A stretch of DNA of 63,906 nt, taken from positions 2,524,623 through 2,588,528 of the forward strand of contig NW_003314274.1 of NCBI RefSeq assembly GCF_000143415.4. Reading direction: 5' to 3'. This document shows positions 35,793-49,399 of the stretch, piece by piece (position 1 is the stretch's first letter; every line of letters begins with the position of its first letter). This DNA is from Selaginella moellendorffii. Its lineage: Eukaryota; Plantae; Lycopodiophyta. The position numbers and the translations under genes are program-made. The notes below the pieces were generated by a model. That model worked only from the letters and a program-made list of their open reading frames with translations, searched no databases and had not been told where the DNA came from.

Positions 35793-38126
35793 GATAGCCA
35801 AATAATAGGACCGTGGGCAGCCCTAGCACCAATTATGATAACTGGAACTTAGTGCTAAAGGTAGCACGATATTGAAGAGAGGATGATGGTACCCTCAAGT
35901 AAAGAACTTCCTAGGATAGGGAAGTGGAGTTGCACTATGTGCAACGTAAAGTGTCGGAGACACCTAGGAAATTGACTCTGAGAAGTAAAAATTAAAAGTT
36001 CCAAAGTGCAAAGGTTAGGTCAATGGAATTTGAGACTACTCGAGAATGAGTAGTGGAATTGAGTTAGAGAGGGTGTCTTTAACGGGTTTAGCGAGAATTG
36101 AACCAATAAAAGGGAGCAAACCACCCTAGGTGGTCAAGTGAGTCTCTAGGTTGGAGAGACTATGCTCCTTAGAGGATGGACAAGGCATGGTGAGCCTTCG
36201 GGGTCAAACCATAGACAAATATTGGCTGGGTGCCAAGGATGGAAATGGTAATACCTGCGAGTGTTACTTTATAAAAGGGTTTACCGTTCGATGAGGACAT
36301 CGAACTTCGACTATGGGTGATGGAGTTGTGAGACACAAAATCCCTAAGCCCCAAAGTGGAGCCAAAAGGCATCACGTGGTAGTGGCCGAAGTGAAAGCCA
36401 AACGAGCGTAACACGTTTGGATTGAAAGCTCCGACTTGAAAGGTTGAGAGCGGGAGTGGAACTCCCAACAAAGTGCTCGAGGAACAAGCATGAAGCGAGC
36501 AATAAGCGAGCTCCAAAAAGGGACCCGAAAGGACCAACACATGACACGTGGAAGTGTCTGAGATGGAGTTCGAGATGGACCCGAGTTGGAGTCCAAGATG
36601 GTGTCCGAGATGGACCGAGACAGAGTCCGAGACGGAGTCCGAGATGGAGTCTGAGATGGAGTCCGAGATGGACCCAAGAGGGAGTCCGAGATGGACCGAG
36701 ACGGAGTCCGAGATGGAGTTCGAGATGGACCCGAGATGGACCAAGACAGAGTCCAAGATGGAGTCCGAGATGGACCCGAGATGGAGTCTGAGATGAAGTT
36801 CGAGATGGACAAGAGATGGAGTTCGAGATGGACCGAGATGGAGTCCGAGATGGACCCGAGATGGAGTCCGAGATAGACCGAGATAGAGTCCGAGATGGAC
36901 CCGAGATGGAGTCTGAGATGGACAAAGACAGAGTCCGAGATGGAGTCTGAGAAGGACCCAAGATGGAGTCCGAGGTCGACAGCGAGACCGGGACCGAGAC
37001 CGAGACCGAGACCAAGACTGAGACCGGGACTGAGGCCGAGACCAAGGCCGAGGTCGAGACCGAGGCAGAGGCCGAGACCGAGCCCGAGCCCGAGTCCAAG
37101 TCTGAGTCCATGTCCGAGTTTGAGTTTGAGAGGGTGAAAGCCCAAAGCGTTCATCTCCCAAACCCTGGGGGGTTTGGTGAGCTCCAAAAGTATAGTAGGG
37201 GGAGGACTGCAGTGGAGCCAGTTTGGCCAGGAAAGGCCAATTTGGCCCAAGAAGGCCAGACCTAATGTTGGGTGATGAGGTGCTCACTAGGAAGTCCAAG
37301 ACTAGAGTAAACACGGACCGACAAGCGGGGTAGCTTGGTGAAGTGTTCAAGAGCCGGCTCTAGTTCCCCTAGGAGATCGACTGGACAATGCTCCCAGTCC
37401 AAGTGTGGGTGGCACTACCTACTTGGATACCTGGTGTGGCTCAACAAAACCTTGCTCTAAGCCCATGGCTAAAGCACCCAAAGGCAGAAGGTGGGGAGAG
37501 TACCCACGGGGCTCATGTAGGGCCACGGTGTTCTGAAATGTTGTCCCGAAGTCCTAAATGGGGGAAAGGAGGAGGAGCAATCCTCTAGTGTAGTGACTAC
37601 GGATACAGTCATATGGTGAGGAAGTCCCAGAGGACAATGGGACTTAGTGGCCAGGCCTGCAAGCCCTTATCTAGTGGCAGTGTTGGTGAATATGGCCCTA
37701 GACGAAAAAGGGACTTGGCAGGAACTGACAAAGGGATGTTGGGGAAGGCTATTCTCCATGTCTGTGGGCATCCTAAGGATGCTAAGGAGTGGATTTGGGA
37801 TGACCACTCGTGGACGGACGGCCTAGTCTTGGAGAGACGGGATTGTGATGCAAGTGGTATTGGACCACCAGTGCGGCAAAGGTGAATGGGCATGGCCTTA
37901 GCATAACAGGCTGATATATCAGTGGTACCTTTGGGTGTCGGTCTTGGGACTGGACACGTGGAGCACTTGGACCAAGTGCAAAGGTTGAGTGGCATGGATG
38001 CCATTCTCGGGACTAGCAAGTCCCAAGTCCTAAATTGGACTTAAGGAGGTTGTGAATGAGACTCCTCCAAGTGGTCAGAGGTGTGGTTAAGTGACTAAAG
38101 TAAAATGGAAAATTTAGTCGCTTACA

Positions 38127-41100
38127 AGGACTTGGCAGTGCGGAGGAACTAGGTTCCTAAGCTGTGATCTATAGCACACCTTAAGTACATGTTGGTGCAC
38201 CAGCATGGGGAGTCACGCCAGGCATCTAGTGTGATGTCATCTGTAGATGCATATACAGAGGTTGGGTTCGAGTCCCAACCCTCTAGTGTTTGGGTTCGAG
38301 TCCCAAATCACTAGGGCTGGTTTAGAATATGAGGACACTCGTATTTCGGTGGTCATGGACTCTTAGTGAGGAGACTAGCTTGGGCACACCGCCAAGCGGG
38401 GGATGCTCCGGAGTCGTGATGCACGGTTAGATTGCTTAGAGTGAAAGCTCGGCATATCTAACTTGAATACTTTGGTGCAAAAGGCATCAAGGACGTGGTG
38501 AATGAGATGGGGACACCCAGTCTCAGTTGCTATGGATCCTTGGCCGAAAGGGCTGGCTTGGGCGCACCGCCAAGTGTGGGGGATGCCCTCGGGGTCATAG
38601 TCAACAATTTAAAAGGGTCTAGAAGGCCTAGTACCTATTGGCAAACCCGGTAAGGTGCCAAGGTTAGATCACTAGGTGGTCTTATGGCTAAGCAAGGACA
38701 AGGTCCTTGTGAAGTTAAGGAATAAGATTCCTAGTTCAAAATGTTAATTTGAACTATTGATGATGGTTGGGCTTCGTCAAGGTGACCAAGTGGGAAAAAC
38801 ACCTAAGGGAAATGAGTTATGTCAATGCGATGGCATGGTAAGTCCAAGGAAAGTAGTCTTTATAAGAGATCCATGGGAGGGTCTCAAAGTTGGGCCGTGG
38901 ATAGAGCCCATAGCAGAAAATGTTAAAGAGACGTACTAAGGGTGAACACCCTCTGGACTTGGCAAAGCAAAGTGGTTGCTATGGAACTGAAAAGATACCT
39001 CGAGAATGGAGGTAGCGATTCTATGTTGCTGAGTGCAACAATCAAGGATAGGAGCAAAAGACTAGTGGCTAAGAAAAGAGCTGTGGGAATCATGGGAAAC
39101 AATCCAAATGGCAAAGTTAGGCATGGAACACTAATGTGTTTGATGCTAACGGGTTGTGAGAAAGGAAGTGTTCTTCAAAGGATGGATTCTCAATTGCTCC
39201 AAGTTGGCAAAGTGAAAGCTCCAAGGGAGGGAGCAGAAAAGTAGCTAAATGATAGACCCGTGAACAACTTTAGCACAAATTATGATAATTGGAACTTAGT
39301 GCCCAAAGAGGCATGAAATAGAAGAGAGGATGATGGTGCCCTCAAGTAGAGAAATTCCTAGGATAGGGAAGTGCACTTGCACAATATGTGCAATGCAAGG
39401 TGTCAGAGACACCTAGGAAATTGACTTCAAGAAGTCAAAAGTAAATATTCCAAAGTGCAAAGGTTATGTCGATGGAAACTGAGATTACTCGAGAAGTAGC
39501 AGGATTGAGATATAGACAATGTCTCTAACAGGTTTAGCAAGAACTAAACCAATAAAAGGAAAGAACCACCACAAGTGGTCCAATCAGTCTCTAAGTTGGA
39601 GAGACTATCCTCCTTAAAGGTTGGGTAAGGCATGGTGAGGCTTCGGTATCAAACCATTGATGAATATTGGTAAGGTGCCAAGAATGGAAAGTGTAATACA
39701 TGATGGTATTACTTTATAAAATAGTATAATTTGATGAGGACATCGAACTTCATCTATGGGTGGTGGAGTTGTGAGACACAAAATCCCTAGGCCCCAAAGT
39801 GGAGCCGAAAGGGTGCCATGTGATAGTGGCTGAAGTGAAAACCAAATGAGCGTAACATGTTTGGACTAAAAGCTCCGACTTGAAAGGTCAAGAGTGGGAG
39901 TGGAACTCCCAACGAAGTGCTCAAGGAACAAGCACGATGTAATAAGGGAGTCTCTAGAAAAGGGACACAAGAGGACCAACATATGACACGTGGCAGAGTC
40001 CAAGATGGAGTTTGAGATGGACCCGAGATGGAATCCGAGACGGAGTCTGAGATGGAGTACGAGATGGACCCAAGATGGACCGAGATGGAGTCCAAGATGG
40101 AGTCCGAGATGGACCGAGATGGAGTCCGAGATGGACCCAAGATGGAGTCTGAGATGGACGCAAGATGGAGTCCGAGATGGACCGAGACAGAGTCCGAGAT
40201 GGACCCAAGATGGAGTCTGAGATGGACGCAAGATGGAGTCCGAGATGGACCCAAGATGGAGTCTGAGATGGACGCAAGATGGAGTCCGAGATGGACCGAG
40301 ACGGAGTCCGAGATGGACCGAGACGGAGTCCGAGATGGAATCTAAGATGGAGTCCGAGATGGACTGAGACGGAGTCCGAGATGGACCCGAGATGGAATCC
40401 GAGATGGAGTCCGAGGTCTAGACTGAGACCGGGACCGAGACCGGGATTGGGACCGAAATCAAGACCGAGACCGGGACCGGGACCGAAATCAAGACCGAGG
40501 CCGAGACCGAGGCCGAGGCCGAGATCGAGCCCGAGCCCAAGTCCGAGTCCGAGTCCGAGTCCAAGTCCGAGTCCAAATTTGAGTCTGAGAGGGTGAAAGC
40601 TCAAAGCATTCGTCTCCCAGACCCTGGGGGGTTTGGTGAGCTCCAAAAGTATAGCAGGGGGAGGACTATAGTGGAGCCAATTTGGGCCAGGAAAGGCCAG
40701 TTTGGCCCAAGAAGGCTGTACCCAGTGTTAGGTGATGAGCTGCCCACTGGGAAGTCCAAGACTAGAGTGAACACGAACCAACAAGCGGGGTAGCTTGGTG
40801 AAGTGTTCAAGAGCCGGCTCTAGTTCCCCTGGGAGATCGACTAGCCGATGCTCCCAGTCCAAGTGTGGGTGGCACTATCTACTTGGATACTTGGTGTGGC
40901 TTAACAGAACCTTGCTCTAAGCCCATGGCTAGAGCATTCAAAGGCGGAAGGTGGGGAGAGTACCCATGAGGCTCGCATAAGGCCATAGTGTTCCGAAATG
41001 TTGCCCTAAAGCCCCAGGCTGTGGAAAGGAAGAGGAGTAGCCCTCAGGTGTGGTGACCAAGGACACAGTCACACAGTGAGGATGTCCTAGAGGATAGTGG

Positions 41101-41583
41101 GACTTAGTGGTCGGGCCCGTGGGCCTTGATCCAGTGGCAGTGTTGGCGAATGGCCAAGGACAGAAAGGGACTTAGTGGAGACTGGAATGGAGATATTGTG
41201 GAAGGCTATTCCCCATGTTTGCGGGCATCCTAAGGATGCTAAGGAGTGGATTTGGGATGATCACTCATTGGTGAATGGCCCAGTCTTGGAGAGACGAGAT
41301 TCCAATGTAGGTGGTGTTAGACCACCGATGTGACCAAGATGAATGAGTGTGGCCTAGTGTAACAGGCTCATATGTTGGTGGTACCTTGGGGTGTCGATCA
41401 TGGGATCGGACACGTGGAGCACTTGGACCAAGTGCAAAGCTTGAGTGGCATGGATGCCATTCTCGGGGTTAGCAAACCGAAAATCCTAAATGGGATTTAT
41501 AGAGGTTGTGAATGAGACTCCTCCAAGTGGTTGGAGGTGCGGTTAAGTGACTAAAGTAAAATGGAAAAATTTAGTCGTTTATA
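38127..41583 (+). mobile_element. 3' half of another family A copy: internal region plus 3' LTR 39770-41583
   Basis: The interior is homologous to the sequence from 25833 onward. The PPT precedes TGTGAGACAC at 39770, and the LTR ends AGTCGTTTATA (CA mutated to TA). Confidence 0.88.
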
Positions 41584-43420
41584 TTTCCATGCAAGGGCTT
41601 TTAGGATTTAAATTACCACATGGACCATGTATCATATGATTTATAATTATGTTATGCAATTTTGGTTCTAGTAGTGGGTGTGGCAACTGTGTAGTGACAA
41701 ATTCATCAACTGAGTCTCGATTTCTTATCTTATCTTCGTTTGATAAGATTGCTAAGAAATGACAATGAGGCAAACCTCTTTTTTGGAATTCAATAACATA
41801 AACATATGTGATGCACTTCCCAAAAATTCCTTTGATACTTATGTCATGTAGGAATTCTTTAAGCTTTAAGTTAAAAACTCTTGAAATAAGATCAGGTCAA
41901 TCCTCATGTGATTCATTCAGCTGTAAGCTTTGCACAATTTCAGGCTACTTTGGGTTGCATGTAAATGTAATAAATAAGTCAGGTTTTTCAAAATGTGTGA
42001 CAATAGCAATAGCATCTTAATAATGTTGTTGTATTGCTCATGGGCTACCAGGAAATATAGAAGGCAAAATTACAATTTTTCCAGGTTCACCATTATTAGT
42101 AGCAGCTCTGTTGCTAACATAATCTATAAGACCTGTGTAGTAATCCACTTTTAAGTGTTTTTGATGAGTGCAAAAAAAATTAAGGTTGTTAGATTCAACC
42201 TTTACATAAGCATCAACTATAAATTGTTGAGTAAGTTTCCCAGCATGTAGTAATTGATCATAAAGGAAAGAGTTGCCAATGTTATCTCGTTGAGATAATC
42301 GATATGCATAGTACTGGAGTTGTTACATGTGACTCATTGTGATAAATTTTTTCATGCCAACCTTTATCACCAAATGGTAAAAGTAAAGGATAAACCATAG
42401 GATCACAATTTTCATTAAGAATAGAGATTTTTGTTGGTTGTGAGTTATATGGATGTATGCATATTTCTGTGTCAAGAGATGGCTCACCCTCATCAATAAC
42501 GAAAACAATAGCAACATCATTAGTTTGTGGCAAATTATAACAATGTAGATTAGTACTTTCACATCTAACAATCATGTAAACTCCACGTTTTGGAGTTCCA
42601 TTGCAAATTGAGTGATGTTGTTCTTGTGATTCAAGATTATACATCATTTGAAAAGCTTGTGCATACGGGTTTATTGTTCTTAGCAAGTTATCTAATTGTA
42701 ATAATAAATTAGAATCACAATTTGTGTTGAATGGGTTTTGCTTTCTAATATTTGTAGCCTCAAATGCGTCAAGCATGTAAAGTTGTCCATATGGTGGTGG
42801 CACGCAGCAGGATATGCTGAAGCAATTTTGTGATAAATTTGACCATATATTCTAAGGCAATATGGGCCTTTGCAACTTAAATTATCAATATTAGCACCCA
42901 TGATGCAAAAGCCAAAGCACTGTTGAAATTTCTTATGTTAATTTTAAAATTGGAGTTTCTATTTTCATTAAAAAGCATACGCAATATAAGAGGTAAAGAT
43001 GAAAGTTGGGGAAGGGAAACCTTTCCATTCTAGCAGCACATTGATCTTCATTTTCAAAATGTAATGAACCACAAAAGACACATACGGATGACATATTTCC
43101 AATATTAAACATATGATTGTATGGTCATGATGTGCTAACTTATAGATAGTATAACTGTGATGATTCCATGAATTTGTATTAGTGTCATTAGCATTTTCAA
43201 GGTTTATATTTGTATGACCTTCATCAGCATATGCTATGTTTGTATTAGCATTGTCAAGATTTGAAGTAATTTTTGCATTAGCATGTTCAAGATCTAGATT
43301 AGTTTCTTCATTAGCATATGCAAGGTTGCTGTGAATATGATTATATGTGCTAGTGTCAATAGTTGGAGGCAAATGGTGACGTATGCCTCTTAATACTTTG
43401 CAAAGCCGAAGCATATTTGC
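41584..43420 (-). pseudogene. Helitron Rep/helicase, N-terminal and HUH Rep portion, degenerate and truncated by the LTR nest
   Basis: MGANID...GPYCLRIYGQIYH, CDPMVYPLLLPFGDKGW, PDLFITFTCNPK, VIEFQKRGLPHCHFL, HMIHGPCG.LNPKSPCM. Confidence 0.93.
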
Positions 43421-45539
43421 TAGGGATGATAAATGAGATGAAATAACCTATCTAGTGTCAAAGCACTTATCTTAAAATTTTCAGAGATTCTAAGTAAAAG
43501 CCAGAACTCGCGTTCTTACACTAGAAATTTTTTTTTTTTAAAAAAACCAAGACTATACAATGAGAGACACAGGACTGGCACACCTTTTCCAGGGCGTGGT
43601 GAGCAGCTGTGAGAGGTGGGTGGGGTTTGCAAGTTAGAGAACTCACCTTGGGCTTGTTCTCTCTCGCAAAAGGACAGGGACTACAAACTCTCTGATGGTT
43701 CTGGCTGTGAAGGCTGGCTCTGGCTTCAGCTCTGCCACTGGATAGCATCCACAAACCCAAATGAAGATGTCTCAAATTTTCACAGCACACAAAAATCCAG
43801 ATTGTTGGGGTTGGGGCCAAATTAGCGGCTGCCAGGCTGACGGTGAACACAGACCTCTGCAGGAAGAAGCTCAATTGCTGTGATTGCCACTGATCCGGCA
43901 AGCAAGAGTTAGCTCAATTGCAGCAGGGCATCCAGGGCGAGCTAAGAAGAACGGGCACGGGAGCAGGACACCACTGGTGACACATGTCAGATTCCGATCA
44001 AGTACAAGCACAGGCCTTCTAGGCCGCTGTCTGGCTATAGCAACACCAACATCAGCGGCAACCACTTTTAAAAGCCTGAAACGCAGCTCCAGGGAAGTAC
44101 GCATATGTCATTCTGCTGTCCAAAATGGTGCCATACTTGCCATCAAAAACTTCGGGCTTTTAAGTACAACGGGCTACCACCAACACGAATAATAAATAAT
44201 AATAATAATAAATAAAGATGTAATAAAGACTGCAAAAAAAAACAGAGCTCGACACCAGCGCCTCCAACTTCGACAACCTCAGCACTAACAGCAGCTCCTC
44301 CGTGGAGAACAGCACAGGATTGTTCTCCAAGTTCGCGAGATCAGCGTCGCAAGGCTCCTCCCAGGACGGGTTTCTCAGCGCTGGCCTCTTTAGCAGACTT
44401 AATAGGAGTGGTGGCGAGAGTGCCACCACCACCCCCACCATCGCCACCACCACCACTCAGACATAGTCTATTCGTCATTGTTGTGGAGAAGAAAAAAACT
44501 GGGATGATAGGAAAACTAATGCTTTGCTACTGTAGTTTGTAGCTTTCAACTCTAACAAAGTCAGAAAGAATGAAAGGACACTTGCAATGGGGATCAGACA
44601 ATGTAAAAACCATGTCTTTTGGAGGCTGAAAACCACCGAGTGTCATTGCACCATCCCCCTAGTCCATCCCTCCATAACAAAGAGAGAAAACGTCCTCCAT
44701 GGCATTCTTCTCAACACCTCTGTCGTCGCTGATGGAGGCACCGCTGCTGCCACTGGGTGGACCACTGGACCTGTTGGATCTAGAGCCCGCTGGTCCAGAT
44801 CTGCTGCTGGCACCTGTTCCCGTGGGGACTGGGAGCCGCAGCTTCACTGGCCATTTACTCGCTCTCCTCTAGAGCTAGAGATCCTCCATGCCAGGAGTGA
44901 CGGTGGCGAGACTGTAGCTCTGGATCTGCTACTGGTGCCTGTTCCTGTGGGGATTGCTGTGGCGATTGAGCGGGAGATCTCTGGGAGATCCGGGAGCCAC
45001 AGCTTCACTGGGCATTTACTCGACCGCATCCCTCTCTTGCCCTTTCCCTAAAGCAGTGGCACTCCACATCAGGAGCGATGGGCCGATTTGTGCAGGAAAA
45101 TTTAAAAGATCTCAACAAAAAAAGTTTGGATGATGGTAGGAAAGACACTTGCATGTGACATGTGTTGCTGTGCCTTCTTCTCCCACCCCACGCAGCTTGG
45201 CTGCCTCCCATTGGCCAAGAGCAGACATCAGAAAAATTTCTAGCGCAACCATGGCTACCGACCCTGGCCCGGGCCTGGGATCCAACGGCCGGTGTCCCTG
45301 CTATCGCTTTATATGTACAAACAGAAAAGAAAAGCACACTGTGGAACAAGAAATGAAAGTGTACAGTACTTTAATCAGCCTTGAATGCAATAACTTTTAG
45401 TGAGCTCTCATCGGCACCAGTCGAGAATAAGAAGTGGCCTGTTGGTGGCTTCTTTAACTCCAAAAGCTTGATTGCCCCAGGCATCCATGCAGAAGTGAAC
45501 ATTCTTAGAAACTAGCAAGGAGTAAGACCATATGCTTGG

Positions 45540-46400
45540 TCTATATAAGTGTCCTCCATGCAAACGTCTTGGGGGTGGCCATTATTTGGATAGAATTTTC
45601 CGTGGACCCACAAAGTTTGAAAAAATGGTTGTTCATTCTTGCAATGGTGACACCAACTAATATCTCGTGTTTGTTTCTCGACCCTGAACTTTTTGCAAAC
45701 ATGGCAGCCATAACAAACAGAGATCGCTCAAGGATTTTCAGGGATAAAGTGGCCATGCACCTATTGATAAAACATGCATCACGAACCACTGGTAAAGATC
45801 AAGAAAGACATACCCCAAAGAAGTTTTTTCCATATATGAATGAAACAGAGTGCAGCTGTTTCTGTATGTGGTCCCAAGGCGTATCATCAGGAATTTTCAA
45901 GACAATAGTCGAGGGTGCAATCTTGAACACATTTTTATCTTTAGTTCCTCGGAGATTGTAGAAAATACAACTTGGCATGTCCCCAGCAAACCATGACAAT
46001 TTGAGCTCATGATAGACATGGTCCATATCACCCAGCACATGCACCTGTTTTTGAAGTTCACCCAAAAAATTCAATCAGAATATTACAAATACCTTATAGG
46101 TGTTTTCAGCTTCAAGATCATCAGCAATGAATATGATGTTTATAGTGTTAGGCATTTGATCCACACTGATGATTGCCACAGCAACTGTTGCAGAAGTATA
46201 AGCAGAAGCATCCCCTGCAAACTGATTTAGTGGAACAATGTCTGATGGCCTGACAAAGTCAAGCACTAGAGGAGCCTTCTCTGGCCATGCTTGAACATGT
46301 GTGGCCGTAGAAATATCTACCGAGAGACAATGGAGCCCCAAATGATGTTTCGGATTCTTAGCTCTAACCTTGTAGTGCTGAATACACAACTAGTGAGCTG
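45540..46400 (-). pseudogene. Unidentified gene-like segment, possibly OB-fold/RPA-like
   Basis: Adjacent minus-strand ORFs (46075-46389, 45799-46074) have beta-strand-like hydrophobic patterns and lie upstream of the Helitron Rep. No diagnostic motif was found. Confidence 0.25.
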
Positions 46401-47403
46401 GCTTGAAAAGGTGGCTATATTTATCAGTAGTGTTGGCTGCCATTGAAGCTGTTGCAAGGTGCATGCTGTAGCTGTCAGTGAAATCGATGTTAAAGAACCT
46501 TGATGTTGATGCCATTTTTGTTGAGTGGACCTCATGTTGGAAATCATAACTACCGTATCGAGATAATACATATATAAGAAGTGGCCCACCACTTGAATGA
46601 AGTTGTAGATCTGCAATATGAACACATGCATATTGTGTTTCCTCAGAGGAAGCAATTAGATTCCATACGTCAGGGTCTAGAATGCTATATAACTTCTGTT
46701 TAGCTAAAAACTCCCATTATTAACCCATAACTAAAAAAAAAACATTCTAAAATTGAGCAGTACCTCCTACAATCGCACGGGGCACTTGGCTGGAAGTCTG
46801 TGTCTGAACGCTTGGATCTGGCCATAAATAAGGTTTAAAAAGCAAAAATGCCAAGTGCCAATACCTGCTAAAATAGCAAAGGAACTTTAAAAATGTAACG
46901 GCTGTTTGAAGCCTTCTTGTACATCTATTCCTCAAGCTGTAAAGCATTGTATTGGAATAGACAAAGTACCTGAAGCACTAAGATGTGTAAGGCGCTCAGA
47001 TCCTAGAAAGAAAAGTGATTAAATTTTGCCTTATCAAGATAAACACAAACCTAGTTCACTACTCTCTCCACGCATCTCTAAATCACCTAGAACTGGGTGC
47101 TGCTGCAAAGAAACATCATCTGGCAATGGCTGGTAATTGTAATCTACATGGTCTTGGGACCCCACATTAAAATCGCTAGCTGCCGCTGCCATCGGAGAGA
47201 GAGATCTTGAATGAAGCAATTGATCAAGTTTGGGTTAATCACAGCCGTTGGCCCAAAGCCTTGCTTAATTTTTGCCATGTCACTGGCATTTTCGCTTGAC
47301 AGGAGAGACGACAGGTGCAGTCATCATCAACACTTTGCATGCAACACGTGTCGCTAGTTTGGCCGCCTCCCATTGTTTTGCTGTGTTGTGGTGTTGGTAA
47401 ATT

Positions 47404-48400
47404 TTATTCTTTTCGCTGTTTTGTCGGGATTCTGTGACTTAGTGCTATCAGGGAGAGCCAGGACTGTAAATCCCTGTTTTGTAAGATTTTGTATACTTGG
47501 CTGTCTATGTGTTGTCGGCAGATTGGACATTCATCCTTTGATCCTTTGATAACCTGGAGAAAATGAAGAGAACGATGAGCAAAGTTCAAAGCCGAGAGAG
47601 AAAAGAGAGATTTTTACCTTCAGGATACACTGCACTCAAAAGGTATGGCTGCGGTCCAGTTTGGGTGGCTCTACACAGTGCTCTGGACAAAGAACAGGAA
47701 GAAACGAAGTAAGCTTGGATTGTTACAACAATTTGCGAGAGTGGGGCTTACTGAGACAGATGCAGCAAATGATGTTGTTGTGTGGCGGTGCGAGGTTGAA
47801 AACTTCATTGAGATCCAGCCCCATCATCTTCTCTTTGATTGACAGAGATGGAGGTTGATCATGGTGTTCTTCCGGTATGCGCGAGTTGGAAGAGCTCTCG
47901 CTGTGATGCGGGCTGGCGAATGGACTCTCGGGAAGGTTGTGTCCATTCCCATCAGTGCTGCTAGAAGTTTCCAAAGTGAGTAATCAAGTTCTATCATATG
48001 ACTGTGACATAAGCATCATCGGGAAGTGGATGAAGAGCTTCACTCTCATCGCCACCTTCGCCCTCCAGCACGTCCATGACGAATCCGAAGGGATTGCTTG
48101 ACTGGACCTATCATTATCTGCCCTATCATTTTGAAAACTTAGTGCCAGAGAAGATCCAAACAAAAAAAATCCAACCTTCCAGTGTTAGCACGGCTTCATT
48201 CATCCCATTCCCATGGCTGCCGCTACTGCTACCGCCACTGTTGTTATGCTCCATGATTCGTAGAGTTCCAGGAACCTCGGGGGAGTCCAAGCTAACGTGA
48301 ACTCCATTGAGGTTGGTCGTGGAAGCGGTGCTGTTTAGCTTCCTGTCTTGCTCGTCGAGCAGTAGTAACTTTGCAGTTGTCACAGCCTCCGCAGCCTCTA
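47404..48400 (-). pseudogene. RING-finger gene fragment
   Basis: ICCICLSKP followed, after a frameshift and a short intron, by DECPICRQHI. Confidence 0.55.
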
Positions 48401-49399
48401 CCTCGGCAGCACGGTCTCGGAGCGAATCTTGTAGATGCGATTGCAGATGTAGATGTTGTCAGGCTTCATGTCCAGGTGAGCAAGGCTGTGCCGAGTGAAT
48501 GTGCTTCAAAGCGTTTAAGAGCTTAAATCGCCTTGTCCCATTTCCTGACAGTGGAGTAAGAGTGAAGATCATACAAATTCTACGCACCACAAATACCTTG
48601 ATTTAATGGAACTCCTCATGAAGAGCCAAAAGTGGAGATACATCGTGTATGAGAATACCAAAGTTATGAAAGAAGAATGACAAATAACAACTTGCGATGG
48701 GGTTCTCAGGAGCAAAGACACTTCTCAGGAGCAAAGACACCAGCGTTGACACAGCGCCTCCGATTTGGATCGCAAATCGGCAGCAGCGGCAGGGCTCTCT
48801 CGCCATCTCATAAACCCTAGAAAAACATACAAAACAAAACCAATTCACTTGACAGGCCACGACAGTCATGTGGCACACGTCGCCGGGCCTTCCTCTCTTG
48901 CAACACACGGTTTGGCCGCCTCCCATTCGCCGGGAGCAAACATCAGCGCGATTATTCTCTAACACGTGGTTAAAGAAATAACCCCTTTACAGTTACCCCC
49001 CCCATCGGACGGCTGCGATTGGCTGGATCTGGCGGCCCACAAAGTTCGGCATTTGCTCCTTATAGTAGTAGATAGTGGGGGCTTCATCCATGGCAGATTA
49101 TGTGCAAATATTTGCTGGCACACATGCGTAATCTCAGCAAAACTTAAACTCATGACAAAATTCACGGTAAAGTGGAAAAATAATAGTTGTTATTTCTGAG
49201 CCCATGAATGAGCTTTTGGAGGTGCTTGTATGTTTTACAGCCTTTACTCACTTCTGCGCTGGCACTATCCATCAATTCAGCAGCTCGGAATTTGCACATA
49301 AAAGAGGTCGTTGGACACAAATTTTGTGGGGACTTTTATCGCTCACGGATTGCCTCGCCAAGCAAGCTAGCAGATGCTTTCTTCACAAGGCATTGCAAG

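Larger units (their letters stand above)
15148..38126 (+). mobile_element. Family A copy 2 (LARD-like) hosting several nested insertions: 5' LTR about 15148-16903 (start deleted), PBS 16907-16918, 3' LTR 36327-38126
   Basis: The two LTRs are very similar. The PBS is TGGTATCAGAGC and the PPT ATGGGTGATGGAGT precedes TGTGAGACAC. The internal sequence is collinear once the TSD-flanked insertions are removed. Confidence 0.85.

Noticed and set aside
44775-45040. Short diverged direct repeat with overlapping ORFs
   Set aside because: It is a local duplication with no recognisable domain or termini.
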